From: Octopus vulgaris
Lineage: Eukaryota
NCBI GenBank assembly: GCA_951406725.2
Contig: OX597817.1
Coordinates: 163,060,001-163,124,000 of the forward strand
Direction of reading: 5' to 3'
Length of the DNA stretch: 64,000 nt
The notes under the pieces were generated by a model. It saw only the letters and a list, made by a program, of their open reading frames with translations. It ran no database searches and was not told where the DNA came from. This document shows, piece by piece, positions 23,844-35,109 of the stretch. How positions within the stretch are numbered: the stretch's first letter is position 1; each line of letters opens with the position of its first letter. A program made the position numbers and the translations under genes.

Positions 23844-24756
23844 AATACTCCAACTTATTGGTGTGGTGGCTGTGGTGGTGGTTGTAGCAGTGTTGGTGAT
23901 AGTGGTGATGGTCTAGGTGGGTGTGGTTGTGGTGGTGCTATTGGTGGCTGTTGTGGTGGTGATGGCTATGGTGGTGGTGGCTGTGGTGATGGTGGTGGTG
24001 GTTGTAGTGGCGGTGATGGTTGTGAAGGTGGTGATAGCTATGGTGGTGGTGGCTGTGGTGATGGTGGTGGTGGTTGTAGTGGTGGTGATGGTTGTAAAGG
24101 TGGTGATAGCTATGGTGGTGGTGGCTGTGGTGGTGGTGGTGGTGGTTGTAGTGGTGGTGATGGTTGTGAAGGTGGTGATAGCTATGGTGGTGGTGGCTGT
24201 GGTGATGGTGGTGGTGGTTGTAGTGGTGGTGATGGTTGTGAAGGTGGTGATAGCTATGGTGGTGGTGGCTGTGGTGATGGTGGTGGTGGTTGTAGTGGTG
24301 GTGATGGTTGTAAAGGTGGTGATGGCTATGGTGGTGGTGGCTGTGGTGATGGTGGTGGTGGTTGTAGTGGTGGTGATGGTTGTAAAGGTGGTGATAGCTA
24401 TGGTGGTGGTGGCTGTGGTGATGGTGGTGGTGGTTGTAGTGGTGGTGATGGTTGTAAAGGTGGTGATAGCTATGGTGGTGGTGGCTGTGGTGGTGGTGGT
24501 GGTGGTTGTAGTGGTGGTGAGGGTTGTGAAGGTGGTGATAGCTATGGTGGTGGTGGCTGTGGTGATGGTGGTGGCGGTTGTAGTGGTGGTGATGGTTGTG
24601 AAGGTGGTGGTTGCGGCGGCGGTGGCTTGATTGTGGTAGCGGCTGTATTGGTGGTGGAAGTGATGGTAGTGGTAGATATGGTGATAGTGGTGGTGGTTTG
24701 ATGGTGGTGGTCAACGAATGTGTTATTCCGGATATGTTTGCAATCAGTTACCTTGA
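23844..24756 (+). CDS. Candidate exon for a Gly/Cys/Tyr-rich (loricrin/KRTAP-like composition) structural protein; two apparent -1 T slips near the end
   Basis: After acceptor-like TATTTCAG (23836-43) the frame reads NTPTYWCGGCGGGC...(GGDSYGGGGCGDGGGGCSGGDGCE/K)n and is open to 24701. Adding one T at about 24627 and one at about 24698 gives FDCGSGCIGGG...FDGGGQRMCYSGYVCNQLP*. Confidence 0.4.
23955..24610. repeat. 72-bp minisatellite, about 9 copies, GGT-based
   Basis: tgt(g/a)aaggtg recurs at 24021, 24093, 24165 ... 24597. Confidence 0.95.
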
Positions 24757-25155
24757 AAAACAAATGTAAATAGAAGTCTGAATAGATCTCATCAGATTCG
24801 TAGAATGGTACAGTTAAGTGCGGACAAACAGACGCAATTAAGTAGATTGCAAAAAAAAGAATTTTTAATCGATAAAAAAATTACACTTATATGACATTAA
24901 AAAAAAGTCCATTAGCGTTAATGACACATGCGTTCAAGAAAGGTAAGGGAGATAATTTCGAAATTAAAACTGATAAAAAATTTAATAGGGACATGTCCTG
25001 GGGAATGAATCTAAGTTTTGGTTAATACGGGATATGTTCAAGCATTATTAACCCCGCCCCCCTATTCGTTTATCTAGAATATGGTGAACGCTTCGAGGTG
25101 ATGAAGAAATTACCGTAAACCCCTGATTAAGCACAAGAATTTGCGAAGAATACGT

Positions 25156-25522
25156 AACCACATGGTTCCGGGTTCAGTCCCACTGCGTGGCACCTTGGGC
25201 AAGTGTCTTCTACTAAGCCTCGGGCCGACCAAAGCCTTGTGAGTGGATTTGGTAGACGGAAACTGAAAGAAGCCCGTCGTATATATGTATATATATGTGT
25301 GTGTGTGTGTTTGTGTGTCTGTGTTTGTTCCCCTAGCATTGCTTGACAACCGATGCTGGTGTGTTTATGTCCCCGTTACTTAGCGGCTCGGCAAAAGAGA
25401 CCGATAGAATAAGTACTGGGCTTACAAAAGAATAAGTCCCGGGGTCGAGTTGCTCGATTAAAGGCGGTGCTCCAGCATGGCCGCAGTCAAATGACTGAAA
25501 CAAGTAAAGGAGTAAAGGAGTA
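25156..25522 (+). mobile_element. SINE family B copy, 5'-truncated
   Basis: Starts at aaccacatggttccggg and runs to gactgaaacaagtaaaggag. Confidence 0.88.
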
Positions 25523-25930
25523 ATACGTTTACAATGAGGAGATGCAAAACACAAAGGTGTTACACATCAGGGAGACACTTCACCCGTCAAAGTAGACCAT
25601 GCATGTCTAATTATAGGCCTGGGCAAGGTTTTTGAAGGCAGAGTGAGAGTTGCCCATGAATGCAAGTCTCCTCTTTTAAGATACCAACGTTTATCCAAGA
25701 GGAAGGCACTGCACCCGGACCCTAACTGTTCTGCCCATCCAACCGACCTGGAGAAGTGTTTCTTTTTATCGATCCCGAAATGATGAAAGGCAAAGCTGAG
25801 AGTCCCAACAAATACCGTAAGGCATGTTGTTACTATTCAGCCCTTTGACGGACCCTGTTAATTCGTTGTCCTGCTACGCACGTATTTTCTTACTCTGATG
25901 GTTGTTGTTGTTGTTGTTGTTTGACTCGTA

Positions 25931-26720
25931 GGATAATGGAATAGCCGAATGGTTAAGCAGTTCGCTTCGTAATCATGAGGTATCGAGTTCGATCCCACAG
26001 GGCGGCGTTTCGGGCAGTGTTTTATTTACCTTAGCTTTGGGTTGATCTGTGGAGGCGTGTGGCTTAGAGGTTAGGGTGTCAGAATCATGATCGTAAGATT
26101 GTGGTTTCGATTCCTGGACCGGGCAACGCGTTGTGTTCTTGAGCAAAACACTTCATTTCACGTTGCTCCAGTCCACTCAGCTGGCAAAAATGAGTAACGC
26201 TGCGATGGACTGGCGTCCCGTCCTGCTGGGGAACACATATGCCATAGAAACCGGGAAACTGGGCCCATGAGCCTGGCTAGGCTTTAAAAAGGGCGCATTA
26301 ATTTATTTTATTATTTATTTGGGTTGATCCAAGCCTTGTGTGAAAAGATGACTAAACACAACAAGGGAAGTAACCAGTAGCGTAACTGGATTGAGTTGGT
26401 TGGGTGAGGTGGTGGTCCACCTCGAGCAACGCTTTTATGGAGGAGGCGGTTTTGCTGTATAGGTTTGTATGGGTGAGGAGCGGCAAACTTAAGAGGTTGC
26501 ATCGTACGGGACACACGCTAAATATACCATTATAGTTAGTCGTTGGATGGGCTGCATCTGTAATTCAAAAGTCCAGACTTGGACTGTGTTACGTTGATTT
26601 GGCCTGGCAGTTATATAAAAGGTACACGTATCTGGGGAATAATCATCCACCTACGCGTTAATTTAAGGGGTAAATTTTATTATTTATTTATTTATTTATT
26701 TATTATTTGTTTATTTACTT
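25931..26720 (+). mobile_element. Older tRNA-headed SINE hosting a nested SINE
   Basis: A-box TAGCCGAATGG, B-box GAGTTCGATCC; the 3' part shares ggtacacgt.tctg.gga...cgttaattt with SINE C; (TTTA)n tail. Confidence 0.6.
26048..26317 (+). mobile_element. tRNA-derived SINE (family D) nested insertion
   Basis: 12-bp TSD TTTGGGTTGATC (26036-47, 26318-29); TTTA tail. Confidence 0.88.
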
Positions 26721-27181
26721 ACAGCGCGGAACGGCACCCACATCAACAACAGACCGTAAACGGGAGAGTAATTCGCCCCTTCCAACTGTGGACTAGGGTG
26801 GCGCTTTGGGCAAGTGTTAGCAACCGTTTTGCCTCACGCGTCAGAGATATGGTGAAGACGTCGGCAGCAAGACGTTGGATGAACGACATGGCGAAATTTT
26901 AGACCAATGGCTTGAAGGTCATTGCCGCCAAGCGGAAGATCTGTACCATCGGACAATGGGTGGGCGTCAATTAGCAAGTGAGCTGCTACTGCGGGGAAGC
27001 CTCATCGCCGACCATGCTCGTTACACTCGAGTACACTACTTGATACTTGGTGTGGAGGCCCAGAGAGGTAGTTTGGTGTCTAGCTCGCCGTTCAAGGCGT
27101 TTTGTTCCTGAACAGAACTAACGATTTAATTACCGCATATGATAATATAAAAAATTACATAGATATATTTGACATATTATG

Positions 27182-27780
27182 TTTCTTTATTACCCACAAG
27201 GGACTAAACATAGAGGGGACAAACAAGGACAGACAAATGGATTAAGTCGATTACATCGACCCTAGTGCGTAACTAGTACTTAATTTATCGACCCCGAAAA
27301 GATGAAAGGCAAAGTCGACCTCGGCGGAATTTGAACTCAGAACGTAACGGCAGACGAAATACCTATTTCTTTATTACCCACAAGGGGCTAAACATAGAGG
27401 GGACAAACAAGGACAGACAAATGGATTAAGTCGATTACATCGACCCTAGTGCGTAACTTGTACTTAATTTATCGACCCCGATAGGATGAAAGGCAAAGTC
27501 GACCTCGGCGGAATTTGAACTCAGAACGTAACGGCAGACGAAATACCTATTTGTTTATTACCCACAAGGGGCTAAACACAGAGGGGACGAACAAGGACAG
27601 ACATAGGTATTAAGTCGATTACATCGACCCCAGTGCGCAACTGGTACTTGATTTATCGACCCCGATAGGATGAAAGGCAAAGTCGACCTCGGCGGAATTT
27701 GAACTCAGAACGTAACGGCAGACGAAATACCGCTAAGCATTTCGCCCGGCGTCCTAACGTTTCTGTCAGCTCGCCGCCCT
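27182..27780 (-). mobile_element. SINE family A: one head plus three tandem 184-bp bodies
   Basis: Units start at 27182, 27366 and 27550; flanked by a ~30-bp direct repeat ending AGATATATTTGACATATTAT (27150-80, 27781-810). Confidence 0.9.
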
Positions 27781-28559
27781 AAAAATACACAGATATATTT
27801 GACATATTATAATTTCAGCAACGCATGTTAAACGTAAAAGCGAGTATCAGGGACAAAATTAGCTTATGGCAGGCTCAATTTGCATATAAGATCCGGGATG
27901 ATTATTTTCGAGACGTTTTTATGTAAAAAAAAAAAACAAAAACAAAATGGTGTCTTAAATGGCATCAAGTACTGTGTTAATTTATTCATATACAATCAGT
28001 TTTAAGTTCCGTGTAAAGCTGGTACGCTTTATATGGCTTTTAAAGACCAGTTTTAAAATGTCCTCTCTCTCTCTATAAATATATATAACCTTATAACCTC
28101 AATATTGCTTTCGTAGTTTATAACGGCTATTTTTAATTTCAGAACAGTAAATCACTGACGCAAATAAATAATTAAAGTACATATTAAAGAACACGTATAA
28201 CAATAGGAATATTTTCAAATGCTCTACCGTCACTATGTTAACACGTGTCACTGCGTCATCTCCACTCAAATTCTTCCTAGTAAAACTGTTAACTAGTTCC
28301 TTTGATGTATATAATGTATATATCAAAAGAGCTGTTTCACAGTTACCGTTCTTCCGCTTCAGTCTTTTGTTGGCATGAAACCAAAAACGTTCATTCATTA
28401 CCATGTGTATGTGCATGGCGGTTAGGAATATTTATAAAATTCCTAAAATAGTTCACAATATTAATGGTTAGTTACATGTAAAAACAATATGCTTATATTT
28501 AAAAACAGAAAAGTACTTAAAAATTACGAAGGTATTTAAAAGACTGATGTTTGCAGTAA

Positions 28560-28776
28560 GGATTTCAAATTTTAGCACCAGGCCGCCAGAAATTTGAGGA
28601 CAGGGGTATGCCGATTATATTGACTCCATTGCTTAACTGGCGCCTATTTTATAGACCCCGAAAGGATGTATAACAACGTCGACCTCGGCGGAATTTGAAC
28701 TCAGAACATAATGGGTCAGAGGAAACACCGCTAATCGTATTGGCCGACACTAACGATTCTGCCATCTCGCCGCCTC
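28560..28776 (-). mobile_element. SINE family A copy
   Basis: gacctcggcggaatttgaactcagaac...attctgccatctcgccgcct. Confidence 0.8.
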
Positions 28777-28913
28777 AGATGTATGCAATAACAAAAACAA
28801 TTCGTAATTTGGTGCACTAATCTCCTATATTATTAAAACTGTAATTAGGAAGTATAAAGGTCAGAACTTGTGTTCTTTTCCTTATTTAAGCATTTTTACC
28901 TTAACTAATATTA

Positions 28914-29480
28914 TTGGGTTGTTCGGAAAGTTCGTGCCGATTTTTAAAGGAAAGAAAAAGGTCAATAAATTACTTGCCATTACATTTTTAATCAACCAAA
29001 TATGAACCATTTTGTTGCACAATGCATCTCCATCTTTCCTTTAACTTGAAAATACCCTCTTCCTAGAATGGAGGTGGTTTCAAGGCAAAGAATTCCTCAA
29101 GGTATCTTTTTACGTCATCCAAGGAATTGAAATTTTTACCATTGAGATTATTCTGCAGAGACCTGAATAAGTGGAAATCCGAAGGAGCAATATCTGGTGA
29201 ATATGGAGGGTGGGGTAACACATCCCAGCCGAGCTGCAGCAATTTTTGTCTGGTTCCTAAAGCATCAAGTGCCGAAAATGAACTTTCTTATCTTCCATTT
29301 TAAAGGGTTACAGAATTAACACAGGTTATAGGAACATAAATCTTCTTCCACGAAAAGATAGCTTAAACTGTGCTCTAAATGGAGGTGTAGTCAAATCCTA
29401 TTTTATGAACTCAACCATGTTCTAAAATAAGTCGAAAGGTAAGCTACTATAAATCGGCACGGACTTTCCGGACAACCCAA
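28914..29480 (-). mobile_element. Internally deleted mariner (567 bp)
   Basis: TA TSD; TIR TTGGGTTGTTCGGAAAGTTCGTGCCGATTT; MEDKKVHFRHLML is fused directly to LGWDVLPHPPYSPDIAPSDFHLFRSLQN...NGSYLVD*. Confidence 0.93.
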
Positions 29481-29914
29481 TACTTAAAATGGCTATAATT
29501 TCAAAATGTTTTTTTTTTTGATTTCTTGGAAACTGGCGATGGTCTATGTTTGAAAAAAATCATTTAGTTCTAACGAATGAGAAAGTTTGTGTACTTTATA
29601 CGAGGAATATAAAGTACAAGTGTTTTACGGCTTTTGTACTTCGTATGGGAATAAAGAAATGACGGAAAAATCTGAAAGTTGAAGGGTTGATTTATTTGAG
29701 AGAAAGAGAATAAGCAAGAGAAGTAGTTGGGAGTCAGACGTCAAAGAAGCAAAATGAAAGAGAAAATATCAGGTAATTATGAGTACAAAAGCTCAAAGAA
29801 TTACAAATACAGACGTTGCTATGATTATAGATTGAAGTTGATGGGTGGTTTGCAACGGGTCGATCAAAGCCTTGGGAGTTGATTTGATTGACTAAAACTG
29901 AAAGAAGCCTGTCG

Positions 29915-29955
<41 letters not shown>

Positions 29956-30081
29956 ACAATTGAGGGTAAAATTAATTAATTAATCAATTTCACCAAGTGT
30001 TCAGTATGTAAAAGGACCATTTAAGGCGAATTCAAAATTTTACATTATATAATTAGGGCTTAGTAAAATAAATTAAGAAAT

Positions 30082-30144
30082 TTTGAGCTGACGATAGAAA
30101 TGCTGATTTTATTTGGCTAATCTTGAAACGTTGACGTACTCAAA
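30082..30144 (+). ncRNA. Type I hammerhead ribozyme
   Basis: Stem I TTTGAG/CTCAAA, core CTGACGA, imperfect stem II (AGA..GCTGA/TTGGC..TCT), GAA, stem III ACG-ttga-CGT, cleavage triplet GTA. Confidence 0.8.
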
Positions 30145-30645
30145 CGATCTATGTACTTGTGATATTTTTCTGTATTTACCTCCAAACCTTCGTAGGCTGT
30201 CTGGAGTAAACATTATCTGAGAGAAATTTTCTTTAAGTTGTAGAAATGCTAAGAAAAAATTTTTTTGGCTGCTATTTCTACTAAGTTCAGTATGTGGCAA
30301 AGTAATTTATTTTACTAAGCCCTAATTATATAATGTAAAATTTTGAATTCGCCTTAAATGGTCCTTTTACATACTGAACACTTGGTGAAATTGATTAATT
30401 AATTAACTTTAACCTCAATTGTTGATATTATAATTCATTTCTCTCGGTCATACTGCCTCGGTTCTCGCGGTTAAAATATAATGTTTGCTAGATAGACCAC
30501 GTGGGTGGAAGCGGATTGAAGAAATTTACGCCTGCGCATTTTGAATTTGTTGATACTGTTAGTCGGAGTGGTTCATCTGAAGCGATAAGTTCGCTGATAG
30601 GTAAAGTTCCTTCTTTTTAGTGTTTCCAAATCCAAATTAAGAAAT

Positions 30646-30708
30646 TTTGAGCTGACGATAGAAATGCTGATTTTATTTGGCTAATCTTGAAACGTTGACG
30701 TACTCAAA
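30646..30708 (+). ncRNA. Type I hammerhead ribozyme, identical second copy
   Basis: Same sequence 564 nt downstream. Confidence 0.8.
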
Positions 30709-30918
30709 CGATCTATGTACTTGTGATATTTTTCTGTATTTACCTCCAAACCTTCGTAGGCTGTCTGGAGTAAACATTATCTGAGAGAAATTTTCTTTAA
30801 GTTGTAGAAATGCTAAGAAAAAATTTTTTTGGCTGCTATTTCTACTAAGTTCAGTATGTGGCAAAGTAATTTATTTTACTAAGCCCTAATTATATAATAT
30901 ATATATATATATATATAT

Positions 30919-31210
30919 TACGGAGATGTACTTGCATAGCAAGTGATTTGACCTGAGATCGTGTGCTGAAACGAAAACAATTGCAGCGTGTAAGGTGTTT
31001 GTAAGCCATTTAAGAAACACACAAAAGCCGTTCGATTCACTTCAACATTTAAGTTTGATCTGAGATGCAGCACAGATTTTTGTCAGTGAACAGGTCGCGG
31101 TCTTAAAACGACGAAAATATTTTGACAAATTAAACTTAAATGTTGAAGTGAATCGAACGGCTTTTGTGTGTTTCTAAAATGGCTTACAAACACCTTCCAC
31201 GCTGCAATTG

Positions 31211-31212
<2 letters not shown>
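30919..31212. mobile_element. Penelope-like terminal-repeat fragment with an ~80-bp inverted duplication, inside (TA)n
   Basis: 30977-31057 is the inverse of 31132-31212; a hammerhead-like motif lies in the spacer. Confidence 0.7.
31079..31129 (+). ncRNA. Minimal type I hammerhead variant with a G3:C8 core
   Basis: Stem I TTTGTCA/TGACAAA, core GTGAACA(G), stem II GTCG/CGAC, GAAA, palindromic AATATT stem III. Confidence 0.65.
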
Positions 31213-31874
<662 letters not shown>

Positions 31875-31876
<2 letters not shown>

Positions 31877-32096
31877 AGACTAAGTGCTGAAAAGTTCCTG
31901 GCTTTTAGGGTGTCGCGAAAAGCCTGGCTGGAGGCCTAACGTTTTGAGTTATTTTACAGAGTTCAGAAAAAACTGAAGGACTACTGCAATAAGTGTGTGA
32001 ATCTGAGACTTGGAATATGTTGAATGAAATCATAATTAACTGATCCTTCTGTATTTTCTTTTACCCAAAGCCAAGAACTTTTCAACACCTCCTCGA
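31875..32096 (+). mobile_element. Mariner-derived MITE
   Basis: Imperfect TIR GTGCTGAAAAGTTCCTGGCTTT / AAAGCCAAGAACTTTTCAACAC; retains the transposase tail (CNKCVNL...EYVE*). Confidence 0.7.
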
Positions 32097-32167
32097 ATAT
32101 ATAAGCCAAAGCAACGCAAATTATAAATATTAGTAATATAGGTCGATGGTTGGTACTATTACGTGAT

Positions 32168-32206
32168 ATTTCAATATTTCAGGGTCAGGACCCCTCTTCA
32201 GGAAAT
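32168..32206 (-). ncRNA. Minimal type I hammerhead ribozyme of a Penelope-like element
   Basis: Minus strand ATTTC-CTGAAGA-GGGGTCCTGACCCT-GAAATATT-GAAAT: 5-bp stem I, stem II, palindromic stem III. Confidence 0.85.
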
Positions 32207-32264
32207 TTACGGAGAGAAGGTGCAGATTTCTCTGATTTGTAGTGTGTTATGAAGGGTAGTTTTG

Positions 32265-32560
32265 CGTTGATATAATATCCAATCAACTTCGTGCAATCCA
32301 GATCTGTTACTCATTCCCGGGTTGTGCTTGTTAATTAGAATAGATTCTTTTATCCTTAAGTTTCCAGTGTTTCTTTCTTGTTGATCCAATGGAAACTTGG
32401 ATGTCTTGAGTGTAGTATTTGTGTTGGTGTTTTTTGACGGAAGAGTCATTAGCATAGCTGGGTTCGTTAACCTGTTTGTAAACTTAGCTGATGTTTCTTC
32501 CGATGTAGAATTCAATACATTAGCTACAAGTGACTTTATGACCCACGTAGGACCGCTGAT
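32265..32560 (-). pseudogene. Penelope-like GIY-YIG endonuclease fragment
   Basis: KVTCS*CIEFYIG/ETSAKFTNRL...LRIKESILINKHNPGMSNRSG, directly upstream of the hammerhead. Confidence 0.8.
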
Positions 32561-32712
32561 ATGTTTTCATCTTTGATCGGGCAGTTAGACATTGTAGCAA
32601 AGCGTGTGCGAGTGTGTGTGTGTGTGTGAGTGTGTGTGTGTATTTATAACAGTGCATTAGCAGTAGAAATAAAGTGCATAGTAAACATTGTAATAATCAC
32701 ATTTGCATTATA

Positions 32713-33097
32713 TCTCTCTCTATATAAACGGCAGTTTGTCTGTGCGTGTTTCTGTGTGTCTGTTTGCTTGTACCCTCACCCTGACCACGGCTTTCAACCG
32801 ATTCTGATGAAACTTGACACACACATAGCCCAATGTCATAATTCAAAACTAACGCAGCGAAAATTTTGAAAAGTTCCCCCAGTTCTGAAAAAAATCGATA
32901 AATTCGACATGGGGTCGAGAATCAGAAACACAAACCATAAACTGTCTAGGGGACGCAACTCTACCTTTTTTAAATCTCAAAAAAGAATTTACCATCATTT
33001 TTTTCCATTTTTTTGCTATTTTTGGGCTATAACTCTCTAAAAATGCTTTATAGTTATTTCCCTTACAAACCTGAGCAACGCCGGGCGATACTGCTAG
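32713..33097 (+). mobile_element. Non-autonomous Helitron
   Basis: A|TCTCTCTCTATATAAACGG...CCTGAGCAACGCCGGGCGATACTGCTAG|T. Confidence 0.87.
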
Positions 33098-33660
33098 TAT
33101 GTAATAATCAAATTATATATTATGCATTTCATTGTGTTTTGTTATGTGCGTGTTCTCACTCCGTGGAAAATTTGTCTTGCATGAAACCTGCCAATAGTGC
33201 AAAAGAAGGTTAGGAACCATTGGCCTATAGAATCCTTTTTTCATTCGGCAATTGTCAGAGCTGACATCTCTTTTCCTCTTCACTCGGTAACTGTCAGAGA
33301 GTTAATATATCTCTCTTTCTATCTCTTTTTTTCTTTCTTTCTCTCTCTCTCTCTCTCTCTCTTTTCCCTTCAGCAGTTGCGATGAACTTAGTAACGGTTA
33401 AATAAAGGCTATGTTAAACATGAACTATTTCTTCTCGTCAGTTTACTTCAAGAATCCTGAAATTACCAGCATGCAGCCTTCTCAACAGGCTATACGCAGC
33501 CAAACTCCTAGCTTATTGCCAATGCCAATTATACAATTACATCTTGGTGCTCTCTCCACATTTGCCAAACAACCGTAACATTTGGCGACCTGTACGTAAT
33601 ACAACTATTACACATAGTAACTCCGACGTACCACCGGCTTTCTAACCGTTACATCACATC

Positions 33661-33723
<63 letters not shown>

Positions 33724-33733
33724 CATTGACTCA

Positions 33734-33768
<35 letters not shown>

Positions 33769-33834
33769 TTACAGTCACGTGCAAACACTCATGTTACATT
33801 ATCTTAAGCTTCCATTTGAAAATATAAAGCGATC

Positions 33835-33916
<82 letters not shown>

Positions 33917-35109
33917 ATATATGTATATATGTATATATATGTATATATATGTGTATATATATGTATATATATAATGTATATATATGTATGTATATATATA
34001 TGTATGTATATGTGTGTGTGTGTAATAACATTAATAACGTAGAAGTGAACTAATTGAAGATTTCAAGCAAGTTACTAATTAATCTACGTTATAATTGTTC
34101 CCATTTGCGTGTTGTTACGAGGCTCGCTTTGCAACCACGTAGTTTCAGGTTCAGTCCCACCGCGCGGCAATTTGGTTCAGTATTTTCTACTATAGCTCTG
34201 AACTGACACACCTCGTGTGTGTGTGTGTGGGGGGGGGAAGAAGCATTTTCTGGCTCAGAAGAGAAGAGACAGTCTCTGATATGCTGTCCAAACTCTGTTG
34301 AGGTTATGCTTTTGCCAGGAAAATCCCTCGGTGATAGGGATGCCGTGCCGTGCATTAGAATTGATAATGAAGGCTCTATTTAAGTCAATTAAAGTTGAGA
34401 TATGTGATACTTTCTTGATATGATTAGTGGTTGTGTTTTTTTCGTTGTTTAACGAATAAAATTGGTAAAAATCTTATGTTGTGCACAGTTTTTGTCCTGT
34501 GAAAATAGTATGTGCACACCGAATGTATAATAAGTATGACTATTAATGTAAAATCCAGATCTATGAAATCCTGAATAGCGACATGCATCGGAGAGTGGGT
34601 CTGGTATTTCGTAAAGACGTTGATGACTTCGAACATATTTCGGTCTTATTAAAGCTCCTCAGTAAAACATGGTCTTACTCCTTTCTACTAGTTCTTTGAA
34701 TTACTGTGGAGATAAAGATTTGGAAATTTAAAATAATGTCACTGGGAAGGTTTTTCAAAGATGCCTTTTGCATAAAAATTGTTTTAAATTACTTAATCAA
34801 TGAATGTTCTTAAGATCTTTAGTCTCTCTATCATATAAAAGGCTACTAAGGATGGGTAAGACTATGCTTTACTGAAGTGGTTTAATAACACCGAAACCTG
34901 TTTAAATTTGTCCCTGTACCTACCAAATATTAGACTGAGTCTTTACTACTGTTCCTAATAAATCTTTAATCAATTTGGTCCAAGGAGTTGTCTCTTTGAT
35001 CTGTCTTAACATGAATTACCATTGACACTAATATTTTCTCTCTTCATTAAGAAGGCAATTTAAATAATTAAAACTACATTTCTTTGTTTGGCTCACTACA
35101 CTAAGTATG

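Larger units (their letters stand above)
29951..30898 (+). mobile_element. Non-coding Penelope-like/retrozyme-like element: inverted 5' segment plus a 564-bp tandem unit, inside (TA)n
   Basis: Direct repeat 30070-30334 = 30634-30898; 29951-30075 is the inverse of 30303-30427; one hammerhead per direct repeat. Confidence 0.85.

Noticed and set aside
23917-24714. Poly-Val (+) and His-rich (-) ORFs in the track
   Set aside because: Alternative frames of the GGT minisatellite; variation falls at synonymous positions and gives coherent flanks only in the Gly frame.
34625-34670. Minus-strand CTGAGGA...GAAATAT hammerhead-like motif
   Set aside because: Stem II is weak and no stem I partner is found; at most a heavily decayed remnant.
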